From Mobula hypostoma (Eukaryota): a stretch of 64,000 nucleotides of DNA. Positions 1-11,556 of this stretch are shown here, in pieces (positions within the stretch are counted from its first letter, which is position 1; each line of letters starts with the position of its first letter). Under the pieces are notes generated by a model. The model did no database searches. It saw nothing but the letters and a program-made list of their open reading frames with translations, and was not told the origin of the DNA. A program made the translations under genes and the position numbers. The stretch spans positions 21,328,001 through 21,392,000 of the forward strand of contig NC_086100.1 of NCBI RefSeq assembly GCF_963921235.1, in the 5' to 3' direction.

Positions 1-175
1 ACTTCCCCCCCCCACCTTCTAGTCCAGCTTCTTCCCCCTTGCTCACCAGACTCAATGAAGGCTCTTGTCCTGAACCATCGACTATTTATTCCTCTCCATA
101 CATGCTGCGTGACCTTCCACGTTACTCCAGCATTTTGTGTGTGTTCAAGATTTCCAACATCTGCAGAATCTCTTA
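1..175 (+). mobile_element. 3' end (pseudo-LTR) fragment of Penelope-like family A, degenerate hammerhead region
   Basis: Matches the recurrent unit (..TGAAGG..GAA..TCGAC..ATGCTGC..CTCCAGCATTTTGTGTGTG..TTCCA.CATCTGCAG) that follows GIY-YIG-coding sequence at 25771-25950. Confidence 0.65.
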
Positions 176-319
176 CAGTTACAGCTATCATTTTATGTCT
201 AGGACTCTTCGTTCTTTAATCTCAGCTTCTATATAAATGATGATATTCTTACAACTCTTCATAATCTGAATAGACACAGCAATTCTGCAGATGCTGCAAT
301 AATTTGAGCAACTGATATT

Positions 320-632
320 AGATGCTGGAGGAACAGGACAAGTCAGGCAGCAATATGGAGGCAAACGAACAGTTGACATTTCAGATCAAGACCCTTCATC
401 AGGACTGATGGCTCTAGGTCTGAAACACTGAGTACTTATTCATCTCCACAGATGCAGCCTGACTTAGCACATAGAACAGTACACCACAGTAAGGCACTTT
501 GGCCCAAGATGTTGTGCGGTACTTTAACCTACTCAAAGATCTATTTACTCCTTCCCTCCCCATAGCCTCTTATTACCTCGTACACATCAATCAACTCATT
601 ACTTGCTGAGTTCCTCCAGCATTTTACGTATG
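320..632. mobile_element. Inverted (fold-back) Penelope-like family A pseudo-LTR pair, interrupted by a CR1-type tail at about 468-565
   Basis: GATGCTGGAGGAA..GTCAGGCAGCA on the left arm is mirrored by GATGCAGCCTGAC and TGCTGAGTTCCTCCAGCATT on the right; minus-strand CTGATGAAGGGTCTTGATCTGAAATGTC at 375-402. Confidence 0.6.
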
Positions 633-789
633 TTGATCATTATCTGTTTAGGTTAGCTTCTGTTTTATCTTCTCCTCTTACGACCTGAATTTCTCTTCAG
701 GAATGGTCAGTAGGGACTTGTTTCTCTTTCCACAAATGTTGCTTGGCTGCTGAGTACTTCTGGCAATTTTTTTTAAAACCAGCTTAGGA

Positions 790-1652
790 GCGAGGACATG
801 CAATGGCTCAATGGTGGAACATCAACAACCTCTCACTCACTGTTAGCAAAGCCATGGAGATGATTATTGACTTCAGGAGGAGGAAACTAGAGGTCTATGA
901 GCCAGTGCTGATCGAGGTATTAGAGGTGGAAAGAGTCAACAACTTTAAACTCCTTGGCGTTATCATTTTACAGGATCTGCTCTGGGTCCAGCACTTAAGT
1001 GCCATTACGAGAAAAGCACAGAAGCACTTCTACTTTCTTCGAAGTTTGCAAAGATTCGGCATGTCATCTAAAACTTTGACTCATTTCTATAGATGTGTGG
1101 TGGAAATTATATAAACTGGTTGCATTATGACTTTTTATGGAAACACCAATGCCCTCATACGGAAAAGCCTACAAAAAGTAATGGATATGGCCCAGTCTAT
1201 CACAGGTAAAGCTCTCCCCACCATTGAGCATATCTACACAGAGAGTCTTTGCAGGAAAGCAACATCCAACATCATGGGCCCTCTACCCAGCTCATGCTCT
1301 CTTCTCACAGCTGCCATTAGGGAGAAAGTACAGGCACCTCAGGACTCACACCACCAGGTTCAGGAACAGTTATTACCCCTCAACATTCTTAAACTTCACT
1401 CACCCCATCACTGAACTGTTCCCACAACCTATGGACTCACTCTCATCTCATGTTCTCAAAATGTTTATTGTTTTTTCTTGTTTTTTCTCTTTTGTTCTGT
1501 ATTTGCAGTTTGTTGATGTCTTTTGCTCGTTTGCTTGTCTTTCTATTGTGTTTCTTGTATTTACTGTTAATACCAGCAAGAGGATGAATCTCAGGGTTGG
1601 ATATAGGGACATATATGTATTTTCATAATAAATTTACTTCGAACTTTGAACT
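790..1652 (+). mobile_element. Rex1/Babar-like LINE, 3' part of ORF2 plus 3' UTR, decayed
   Basis: ORF 803-1114 has NNLSLTVSK..EMIIDFRR..VERV..FKLLGV..RKAQKHFYFLR..FYRC, typical of the post-RT region of fish Rex1/Babar; ends AATAAA..(ACTTTGA)n. Confidence 0.8.
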
Positions 1653-2032
1653 TAACCAATTGACTCATTGTAGGATGATCAATAAATCCATGCTGCAATG
1701 TCATTAACATAATGATATCAAACAGCTTTGTAGGAAGCACCACGTGACTTCAGCTAATGATTCATTGTATTTCAAGTGCCAGCAAGTTGCTGGAAGTCAT
1801 GTCCCAATATGGGCGAGATAAACTGATTTTCCAGCATGGCTATTAAGGTCTTGGTGGGAGATAGCCAGAAAGATGAAAGCCCCAAGAAAACCCCAAGGGT
1901 ATGTTGTGAGTCATTTGTGAGAACTGCAACTAAAGTGGACTAGAATCAATTCCAGAAAGTGGGATCTGGTGTCACAAGAAATTTAACTACCTCAGGGTCA
2001 GTGAATACATCATTATATCTCATTGCCAAAAG

Positions 2033-2210
2033 TCCATAACATCATATGACATAGGAGCAGAATTAGGTCTGTTCTGCCACTCTTGGCAGATTTGTTATCC
2101 CTCTAAACCCCATTCTCCTGCCTTTCCAGAGAACCTTTGATGCCTTTACTAATCAAGAACCTATAAACCTCTGCTTGAAATGTACCCAGTGACTTGGCCT
2201 CCACAGTCAT
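2033..2210 (-). mobile_element. CR1 LINE 3' terminal fragment
   Basis: CCATAACATCATATGACATAGGAGCAGAATTAGG tail and 3' UTR shared with 13447-14060 and 22455-23945. Confidence 0.7.
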
Positions 2211-2707
2211 TATTACTCACCAATGCGCTACCAGTCAGTTGAGCTAATGGTCCTATACCAGTCATTCACCAACATTTTCTTTCTGTCTTACTTCTATCTA
2301 AAATTCAAATGCCCAACCAAACCCTCACACAGTAACCATCGATCCAAACTCTATGTCCACACCTCTCACTAGATGAGCGCAAGTCTTTCAACCCATGGTA
2401 AGCACATCACCCAAATACATTGCACTGAACTCACAAAAATACTTCTCTGCCTTCTGAAGAAATGTATGGAGTATAATTAGCACCACTAACACCAGCTGAG
2501 CAGGGATTTATGTGGTTCTTGTCCCGCAGAATTGGAAGTCCCAGGTACAGTAATGTATGAAAATGGCAAGTTCATGATACCAGCACTCAACGGTATTTTG
2601 AGATTTCCAATGTGGTCATGATTTTCTAAGATGTTGCTGGAAGGGAGAGAGGGTTCTATGGAGCAGTGCGAACCAGATGAGTCGAACCAGGTGAAGAACC
2701 CAATATC

Positions 2708-2895
2708 AGAAACATGAAAAATCTGCAGGTGCTGGAAATCCAAGGCAACACAGACAAAATGCTGGAGGAACCCAGCAGGTCAGACAGCATCCACAGAAAG
2801 GAATAAGTCACAGTTGATGTTTCAGGCCAAGACACTTCATCAGGACTGGAAATAAGATGAGAAGTCAGAGTTAGAAGTTCGGAGGAAGGGATCAG
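2708..2895 (-). mobile_element. Penelope-like family A pseudo-LTR with hammerhead motif
   Basis: Minus strand reads CAGTC-CTGATGA-AGTGTCTTGGCCT-GAAA-CATC-AACTG at 2811-2848. Confidence 0.75.
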
Positions 2896-2989
2896 CTTCC
2901 TCAGCAGATCAAACAGTTTCCTCAACATTTATAGAATATTACAGCGCAGTACAGGCCCTTTGGCCCTTGATGTTGTGCTGGCATAAAAA

Positions 2990-3262
2990 TATTAGAACAT
3001 AAGAAATAGGAGCAGGAGTAGGCCATCTGGCCCATCAAGCCTGCTCCGCCATTCAATAAGATTATGGTTGATCTGGCCATGATCTTGCCACCTACCTGCC
3101 TTTTCCCCAAAACCTTTAATTCCCCTGCTATGTAAAAATATATTTACTGAGGTAGTCTCCACTGCTTCATTGAGCAGAGATTTCCACAGATTTACCATTC
3201 TCTGGGAAAAGGAGTTCTTCGTCATCTCCATCCTAAATCAACTCCCACAAATCTTGAGGCTA
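2990..3262 (-). mobile_element. CR1 LINE 3' terminal fragment
   Basis: ORF 2992-3231 (FSQRMVNLWKSL..GIKGFGEKAG) is a CR1 ORF2 C-terminus; same subfamily as 35271-36706. Confidence 0.85.
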
Positions 3263-3609
3263 TAACCTTTTAAGCTACACAAAGAGCAATCTAACCTTTC
3301 CCTCCTACATATCCTTTTTTTTTCTTTCATCCATGTAGCTATTAGTGGCTATTAAATGTCCCTAATGTATTCAGGTAAATGGAAGAAAGCTATTTGGAAG
3401 GGAAAGGTTAGATAGAGCTTACAGTATGTTAAAGGGTCAGCACAACTTTGTGGGCTGAAAGGCCTGTACTCTGTTGTACTGTTCTATATTCTAAGTACCT
3501 GCCTCCACCATCAAACCCAGCTGTGTATTCCCTGTACTTACCACTCTCTGAATAAAAGATTATACTCTACTTTCCTCCAATCACCATAAAAGTATTATAT
3601 TCACCATTC

Positions 3610-4255
3610 CAAAGGTTCAGAGATTCTTTTTATTAGCAAACTATGTATGCATACTGAGATTTGTCTTCTCAAGATAGCTATGGAACACAGAAAACCACAG
3701 AAGTAGTAGAAAGAAAGACATCAATCCACTCTGTCGTCCTCTAGTTGCAATCTCCCTCTGCATGAAAAGAAAAAAGAAACAAAAACTCACAATCCCAAAC
3801 CCGCCCAAGCTCTCCCTCGCACAAAAACTAACAGAACACCCACATGGAGAAACAACAGCAAGAAGATCAAATTCCAAACCCCAGCGTGCCAATTGGCAAC
3901 AAGAAAGAATGAGTGAGAACACGAAAAGGAGAACTGAAAGAGCCGCTCGCTCTCCTCCACATTTGCCTCGATGTTTCAATCTTCCTCAACGCTTTAATCG
4001 GTGAGAAATATAGTCAATCATGTCTCCTTATCTCATCTCTGCACGTCTCCTTGTGGTAGCTTGTGCCTGAATTTCTCTCCTGGACTTTTCTTAGGAACAG
4101 CAGAACACTAACTCACTTGATCAAACTACAAACTGTAAACCCCAGGCACCAACAGTTTCAAAAACAAAATTAAGATAAGAAGAATAAGTAGAAAACATAG
4201 AAAAATTGAAATGATTGACTATTTTGAAGATGTCGCCCGAGGAATCATTGTTCAC
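3610..4255 (-). repeat. Unclassified non-coding retroposon-like element
   Basis: Left end resembles a LINE-type 3' tail also seen at 26537-26630; no RT homology recognised. Confidence 0.3.
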
Positions 4256-4257
4256 TG

Positions 4258-4812
4258 GCACATTCTTGACCACCATCTCCACACTAGGAAAAAGCTGCTG
4301 GCTGTTGACTCTATCCATGCCTCTTATCATCTTATATAGGTCTATCAAGTCTCTTCTCATTGTCCTTTGCTTCAAAGATAAAAGCCCCAGCTCATTCAGT
4401 CTTTCCTCATTATACAAGTTTTCTAATCCAGGCAGCATCTGTTAAATTTCCTCTGCACTCCTTCTAAAGCTTCCACATCTTTCCAATAATGAGGTGACCA
4501 GAACTGAACACAATACTTCAAGCAACACACACAAAAAATGCTGGTGAACGCAGGAGGCCAGCCAGCATCTATAGGAAGAGGTACAGCTGACGTTTCGGGC
4601 CGAGACCCTTTGTCAGGACTGGCCTGCTGCGTTCACCACATTTTTTGTGTGTGTTGCTTGAAATTCCAGCATCAGCAGATTTCCTCATGTTTGCGTTTTT
4701 AAAAACAATACTTCAAGTGTGGTCTAACCAGAACTTTATAGGGCTGCAACATTACCTTGCAACTCTTAACTCAGTTCCCTGATTGATGAAGAACAATACA
4801 CCATAGGCCTTT
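4258..4812 (-). mobile_element. CR1 LINE ORF2 fragment, host of the 4523-4704 insertion
   Basis: ORF 4121-4438 starts MLPGLENLYNEERLNELGLLSLKQRTMRRDLIDLYKMIRG; host sequence resumes after a 13-bp TSD. Confidence 0.85.
4523..4704. mobile_element. Short fold-back Penelope-like family A insertion with 13-bp TSD
   Basis: TSD ACAATACTTCAAG at 4510-4522 and 4705-4717; inverted arms ACACACAAAAAATGCTGGTGAACGCAG / CTGCGTTCACCACATTTTTTGTGTGTG; minus-strand CTGACAAAGGGTCTCGGCCCGAAACGTC at 4589-4616. Confidence 0.85.
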
Positions 4813-4819
4813 ATGTCAA

Positions 4820-6050
4820 CAATATTCTTGCTGACAATCAGCATGCTTTTAGGAAGTATAGATCATGGAAGTCTCAGTTTATCCTGACAATAAGTGACCT
4901 GGCCAAGAACTTTGATTACAATGTTTCTCCAAAGCATCTGATGTTATTCCCCACCAAAGATTACTTAGGAAGCTCGACTTCTACAGTTTTCGCTCCAATA
5001 CTAAAAGATGGATTTTCAGTTTCTTGACAAAACATCTTCAATGTGTGCATGAATGGAAAAAGTTCTAAATGGTGTCCAGTGTTAAGTGGTACACCCCAGG
5101 GTACAGTGCTGGGCCCACATTTGTTTTTACTTTACATTAATGACATCCACAAAAAAGTCACAAGCACCACCAGACTGTTTGCTGATGATTGTTTGATATA
5201 CCGGCCAATTAAATCAACTGATGATGAAGGTGCTCTCCAAAAAGATCTTGATGGTATGGTTGAGTGGTCTCAACAATGGGGCATGCAGTTCAGTCCTTCC
5301 AAGTATGAAACCATGCATTCAACCAGGAAGAGAAAACCAGGTAAAACATCATATAAACTCCTAGGTGTCACCCTTGAAGAAACCAAACATAGCAAGTACC
5401 TTGGTATCAAAATCCAGAATGATCTACGCTGGAATAGTCAGACGCATCATGCAACAGTGAATGCAACAGGAGTCCTAGATTTTTTGAGACACAATTTTCA
5501 TCATTATTCAGCTTCAGTCAAGGAGAAGTTGTACCTCACCATTGTTAGGCCACATTTGGAATATGCAGTTGCTGCGTGGGACCCATACACAAACAAAAAC
5601 ACTACTTCCATCGAGCGAGTCCAAAGACAGGCAGCCCGATTTGTCACAAATACCTATGAAAGAGAAACGAGTGTTAGACAACTTTTAAATTCATTAAAGT
5701 GGAACTCTGTCCAAGATAGACGTGAAGCACACTGCCTGACATGTTTTTGGTCAGCTATACATAGACTACCAATCCCGCATCAAACCCAAACCTATTAGGA
5801 GCAGACGTGGGCACTCAACTCAATTTGAAATACAAACTACCAAGTAAGATGTTTACAACAATTCATTTTTCCCCCTGCACAACTAAAGCATGGAATAATC
5901 TTAATCCTAACACAGTCACACAACCAAACCCAATTAAATTTAAGGCAGCTTTTCTTCTTCAAAAATGTCCTTCTTAAGCCTACCCTCCGCCACCTCCGGT
6001 TTAAATTCCATGCGGAATATTTTGGAGGATCAAGAACCAAGAACCAAGCC
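4820..6050 (+). mobile_element. Divergent CR1-clade LINE, RT domain to 3' end, 5'-truncated
   Basis: ORF 5043-5798 has SGTPQGTVLGPHLFLLYIND, FADDCLIY, KYLGI, VRPHLEYA..WDP; ends in (AAGAACC)n at about 6032-6048. Confidence 0.85.
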
Positions 6051-6137
6051 AATTCTGAATTTGTGCAGTGAATTTCTTTGGATAAAACGTTTCATAACTT
6101 TCTGAATAAGTCTACAATGGGGAACCTTGATGAACAC

Positions 6138-6940
6138 GAAATAACTCTTGTCAGGTTTCCAGCCAGGTACAGGTATCGATTTTAACAAACATTTCATTGA
6201 CACACTCCGCCATCTTCATCAGGGTTAATGCTTGGATGTGTCTAGTCTGGTGGTATTTATACCCCCATCATCCACTCCTCCTGATTGGTTAGTCCTCATC
6301 CAAACAGGTTTCCACTGTCCCACCTTGTTTACAATTGAATTCCAGCTCTTACTTGGAGTGAGACCTTTGTCTTTGTTAAAATTCCATAAACCTGGGATTC
6401 AGGAGAGCTGGTGTTTACAGGATTCCCTGTGAATACAGAGCAGCATACATCAACCAGACGGCACACATGGTGGAAACCCACATCTAGCAGCACAGGAGGT
6501 GTGTACATTTGGTGTACCTGGAGAAATTGGCATTAGCTGATCATTGCATCCACAATGGCCATAGGATTGACTTCAACCGATCAAAACTACTGTGCCACGG
6601 CAATGACTTTTGGGACCACGTGATGAAGGAAGTTGTTGAAATTAAACTGAAGGAAAAGAATTTTAACAAAGACAAAGTTTTTACTCTAAGTAAGAACTGG
6701 AATTCGAGTGTAAACGAAGTGGGACAGTGGAAACCTGATTGAATGAAGACTAACCAATCAAGAGAGATGGATGATGGGAGTATAAATGCCATCAGTCAAG
6801 ACATGCCCAGACATCATCCCTGATGAAGATGGGAGAGTATGTCATTGAAACTTCAGTTAAAATTGATACCTGTACCTAGTTGGAAGCTTGAGAAGAGATT
6901 ATTCATCACATATACCGGGAAAGCTCTAGATCCTTTTGCA
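6138..6940 (+). mobile_element. Penelope-like element family B: GIY-YIG C-terminus plus pseudo-LTR, with an upstream inverted pseudo-LTR
   Basis: Arms of about 245 bp (6140-6384 and 6658-6905) are inverted copies; flanking near-direct repeat CTTGATGAACAC (6126-6137) / CTTGTTGAACAC (6941-6952); TATAAA and hammerhead motif in each arm. Confidence 0.9.
6407..6742 (+). pseudogene. Penelope GIY-YIG endonuclease remnant
   Basis: Reads AGVYRIPCEYRAAYINQT..*..LALADHCIHNGHRIDF..KEVVEIK..NFNKD, in frame with ORF 6509-6742, with one internal stop. Confidence 0.85.
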
Positions 6941-7039
6941 CTTGTTGAACACCTTACTAAGATCTGTCTATCTTGCTCTACTTTCATCAATTTATTTCGT
7001 CACATCCTTGGAAAAGTTAATCACGTTCATGACACACAA

Positions 7040-7935
7040 CCTGCCCCCTTACAAAGCCATGCCGAAGATCACTAATCAGACTATGCTTCTCCAAATGCTC
7101 ATGAATCACGTCTCAAAGAATCCTCTCCATTAATTTGCCCACACTGATGGAAGACTCACTGGTCTATAATTCCTAGGATTATTGCTATTATCCTTCTTGA
7201 ACAAAGGAGTAACATTTGCCGTCCTACATTTTCTGTACTACTCTTGCAGGCAGTGAAGATGCACAGGTCATCATCAGTAGTGCAGCAATCTCTTCTCTCC
7301 TTTCCTGTAGTAATCTGGAGTATGTACCGTTTGGCTCCACGAACATTCCTATCCTAATGTTTTTCGGAATTTCCATGCCTCTTTCTTATCCACAATATGT
7401 TCCAGCACATTAGCCTATCTTAAGCTGCCTAGACATTTATGAACATCCTTCTCACATGAGAATACTTCATGAAGCAAAGCCTCCTCGGTGTCATCCAACT
7501 CCAGGGACAGGTTTGCTCTTTTATCTCTGACCCGCCCTACCCTCACACTATTCACCCTTTTGTTCTTTACATACACGTGGAATTCTTTTGGGTTTTCCTA
7601 CTCATCAATGTCTTCTCATGTTCCCTAGAGATCAAGCTCTGGTTCCATCATCCTGTCATAATTTTCTTGCCTCAATGGGGCAAACTTATGCAGAACCCAA
7701 TTCAAGTGCTCACTCAACAACCTCCACATTTCTGTTGCTCATTTCCCTGAGAACATCAGTTCCCAATTTACTATCCTGAGCTCCTGCCTAATAGCATCAT
7801 AATTAGGTCTCCCCCAGTTATATACTCGCCCAAATCATCATGTCCAAGGCTATGCTAAACGTAAGAGAGTTGTGGTCACGATCTCCGAAATACTCACCCA
7901 CTGAGAGATCTGTCACCTGACCAGGTTCATTGCCT
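7040..7935 (-). mobile_element. Old decayed CR1 ORF2 fragments (endonuclease-RT linker region)
   Basis: Patches similar to 45860-46040 (GACTCACTGGTCTATAATTCCTAGG, CCTTCTTGAACAAAGGA) and a GDRDHN-like endonuclease end near 7870-7890. Confidence 0.6.
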
Positions 7936-8444
7936 ACTTACGTATGCTGGGAAATTCAAGCAGGTTCATGTTCCTGCACTGGACCCCACATGGAGCCAGG
8001 AGTGGACTGTGACGGGGGAATTGCAGGTGGAGCCCAATTGGCAAGTTCAAAAGTCCCATACTTCCATGCAGGCACTTGTTGGCAAGTCCTAGCCTGTTAT
8101 GAATTTTACCGTTTGGCCTCCTTGGAACAAGAAGAAAGGTTAGTGTGCGGAGCTAAAGAACATGATATCACTTCCCTAGGATCTAATACAAATTGACCGT
8201 TTGTGTCTATGTTCTAATAACTGTCCAGTATACACATGTGTTCACAGTCTAGAGAATACAGTAATCAATAATAAACTTCTTTTTTCCTATGTTGTCATGA
8301 AGATTTTGAAGATTTTCTCATAGTCATTTTAAAAGAATTGGTATAATTTTTTAAAAAATGAAGAAATATTATTCTTGGCTTCTGTCTGAAGTTTCCCCAT
8401 AGTTAGCTGTTCATGATTGATGAGTGTGGTATTGGTAATAGTAG

Positions 8445-8905
8445 GATCAATCACTCAAGTCGAGTGTGATGTTCTCCTAGGGGGCTGTCCATTGGTCAGT
8501 CCTCGGGTGGTTGTAGAGGATGATCTGGAATCCACATAACTGGGATGTTAGGGGAGGTTAGCTTAATCAATAACACTTGTGAGTGACTTTGTTTAATGTG
8601 GGGAGACTGATACATAGGTAGCCACCACATGGACCTTGACACATCAGGGTCAGTGGCATGGAATGCAGGATGACTGGGGACCCTTTACTGCTGCATTCTT
8701 CCTCTGCCTTCACTACTGTGGTAATGTGTCATCATCTTCCGCTTGTTCCGGTCTTAGTTGGATCACTGTTTGTCCGGAACCTTCCCTTGACCTTACCACC
8801 ATGGGTGACGCTTCCAGGAGCTAAATGTCAGACAGCATCGTCCTTGGGATCTCAGGATCTCACGAGGCTGTCCACCGTGACAAGGTGTCGATCCTCAGAG
8901 AAAAA
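8445..8905 (-). mobile_element. Non-autonomous RTE-like derivative (5' UTR-like end plus 3' tail), copy 1
   Basis: Minus strand starts ..CACCTTGTCACGGTGG..CTCCTGG..GTCACCCATGG..GGTTCCGGACAAAC, resembling RTE/Expander 5' UTRs; homologous to 17385-17670 and 61980-62650; no ORF. Confidence 0.55.
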
Positions 8906-9424
8906 GTATCCCATTGATACGTTGAATGCTGTAACATGATGAATGTATAATATTACACAGAAAGGTTACTGTGGGAATTGGAAAGGCTACAGAAATGCGT
9001 AAAGGGGGATTTCCTATAACTGGAGCCAAAGCAGAAGTGGCTTAACTTTGCAGAGATCTGAAATGGTTGATTTCACTTTCAAACATCAAAAGCACTTACC
9101 TTGATGAGTATAAAGCTGACATTAATAATTCAAAATCAAATAATTAGAATCACAAGCCTGTAGAGAGTGTATACATGAAAAAAGAAAAAGGCACAGTCAA
9201 ACTCATTGATTTAGGGGATGAAGATTGCATGTCTGGTTCTACAGTCAAGAATTCATGATGACGATCTTCTAATCTTCCAAGTAGTAAAAATACTTTGTAT
9301 CTCCATTAGTGACAATGGTCCCCTTTAAGGATTAATTTTCAGTGCAACAGCAAATGCACTTAGCGCCAAGTTTGTGAGAGTACACAAAAGGGCCGATCTC
9401 ATCTGTTCCCTCAATACCACCGCT

Positions 9425-9990
9425 TTGGACAAGAAAGTACAGCAGTAACTCCACTTCCTAAGGAGATTAAGCACCATCGAGTGTGTTCTGGCCAACTGCA
9501 TCACCGTCTAGTACAGCAATTGAATACAAATCCCTGCAAGGGATTCTAAGGAATGTTGAGAGGATCATCAGGGTTTTTTTTTCCACCCGTCAGAAATACT
9601 TTTCAGGAGCCTGCATACGCAGGGCCCTCACTATTGTCAATGAAGCCTGCCATCCATCCAACAATCTCTTTGACCCCCGTACCATCAAGCATTAGAACAA
9701 GAACAGCTAGGATAGGAAACAGTGTCTTACCCCAGAATGTAGGACTATGGGACTCCCTGCCGCCATCCAGGTCTCATCACGTACTGTTTACAAAATCGGT
9801 ATATTGTTTGCTTGTTAACTTGTGGCATAACTGTACCATATCATTTGTTAATTTATTTGTGGTAATATGACTTTATATGTTGTTATTTTAGGGTTATATG
9901 TACTGTGTTGTGCAACTTGGTCTGGAGAAACTTTGTTTTGTTTGGTGGTATACATGTTCACGGTTGAATGACAATAAAATGATCTTGAAT
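9425..9990 (+). mobile_element. Rex1/Babar-like LINE 3' fragment, decayed
   Basis: QQ.LHFLRRL-like and HPSNNLFDP..SIRTRTAR.GNS.LPQ.V.L remnants; tail GACAATAAA..CTTGAA. Confidence 0.65.
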
Positions 9991-10819
9991 CAAAAGTTAA
10001 ATCAAGATGTTGTCATATGATGTCCCACAATGCATTACTACCACTTGCAGGGCATTTATTTGTTTTTGAGAAACATACTCCAGAATACCTTCCAAATACC
10101 CTTATTAATTAAATTGTAAAGGAATGGAAAGGGTGGATGAAGGGAGTGGAATGTCCAAATGAAATGGTTAACATTGTTTTACGCCACTGTCGCTTTGACC
10201 CATATTAAACTTAAAACATGATTTCTCTGAAAAATATAAATCTTCCCGCAGTTTCTGGGAAAAGAAACTGCTCAGTCATCAGGATCTGGTATAAAGGCAA
10301 TAATAATTCCAAAGATTCATTTTCATCTGCTTACACAGTGTGACTTCTTTACACAATACAGAAACAATATTCAGGAAATTAAGACAAAACTACTTTCTTT
10401 GAACCATTCAATTTGCATTAAGAATGTTTTTACAGCAGGCAGAAAAATTACTGATACTGTAGAATAAAGCATACTCCACTGAGCTTCCTAGTTAGTGAAT
10501 ATAACATGAGCAAATATGTTTATGATCTATGAACAGAGAGTCCGAATGCTTTGGCCATTCAATACAAATGGTAGAGGAAGCAATGGTGTTTTATATTTTC
10601 AAAAGAAGCACAAAATAATGCTGAATAGATCATTCTAGTCATAAACCCAAGTTTAAAGAATTACCAGACGATATGTTGGACCATCTTGTAACTTTTTAAA
10701 TGTACAGCGACCACTTTATTAGGGAGCTCCCATGTTTGTGGTCGCTCCTGCTGTAGCCCATCCACTTCACGGTTCATACTGCTGTGATTCAGAGATGCTC
10801 TTCTGCACATCACTGTTGT

Positions 10820-11556
10820 AATCAGAATTAGGTTTATTGTCACTGGCATGTGTTGGGAAATTTACTAACTTAGCAGCAGCAGTACAATGCAAAACATGTT
10901 AATGTAGAAAGAACAAAATAAATAAATCATTTATGGTAAGTATATATATGTATATTGAATGGACCAAAATAATGCAGGAAGGGAAATAATATTTTTTTTA
11001 AAAAGTGAGGTTAGGTTCATGGGTTCAATGTCCATTTAGGAATCGAATGACAGAGGGGAAGAAGCTGTTCCTGAGTCGCTGAGTGTGTGCCTTCAGACTT
11101 CTGTACTTCCTTCCTGATTGTAACAATGAGAAGAGGGCATGCCCTGGGTGATGGGGCTCCTTAATAATGGTTGCTGCCTTTCTGAGGCATCGTTCCTTGA
11201 AGATATCTTGGGTACCACAGAGGCTATGAACTTCTGTTGCTTCTTTTGGTCATATGCTGTAGCACTCCCCCCACTGCCACCCCCCACACCCCATACCAGA
11301 CAGGGACGCAATGTGTCAGAATGCTCTCCACGGTAAACTATAAAAGCTTTCAAGTGTTTTAGTCTCTTCAAACTCCGAGTGAAATGTAGCCACTGTCTTG
11401 CCTTCTTTATAGCTACATCAACATGCTGGGACCATGTAGATCCTAAGAGATCTTGGCACGCAGGAACTTAAAATTGCTCACTATCTTCACTTCTGATCCC
11501 TCTATGAGGATTGGTTCATTTTCCCCCATCTCACCCTTCCTGAAGTCCACAGTCAG
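10820..11556 (-). mobile_element. Rex1/Babar-like LINE 3' fragment
   Basis: ORF 11443-11661 ends VDFRKG..PILIEGSEVKIVSNFKFL; tail ATCAGAATTAGGTTTATTGTCAC. Confidence 0.75.
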
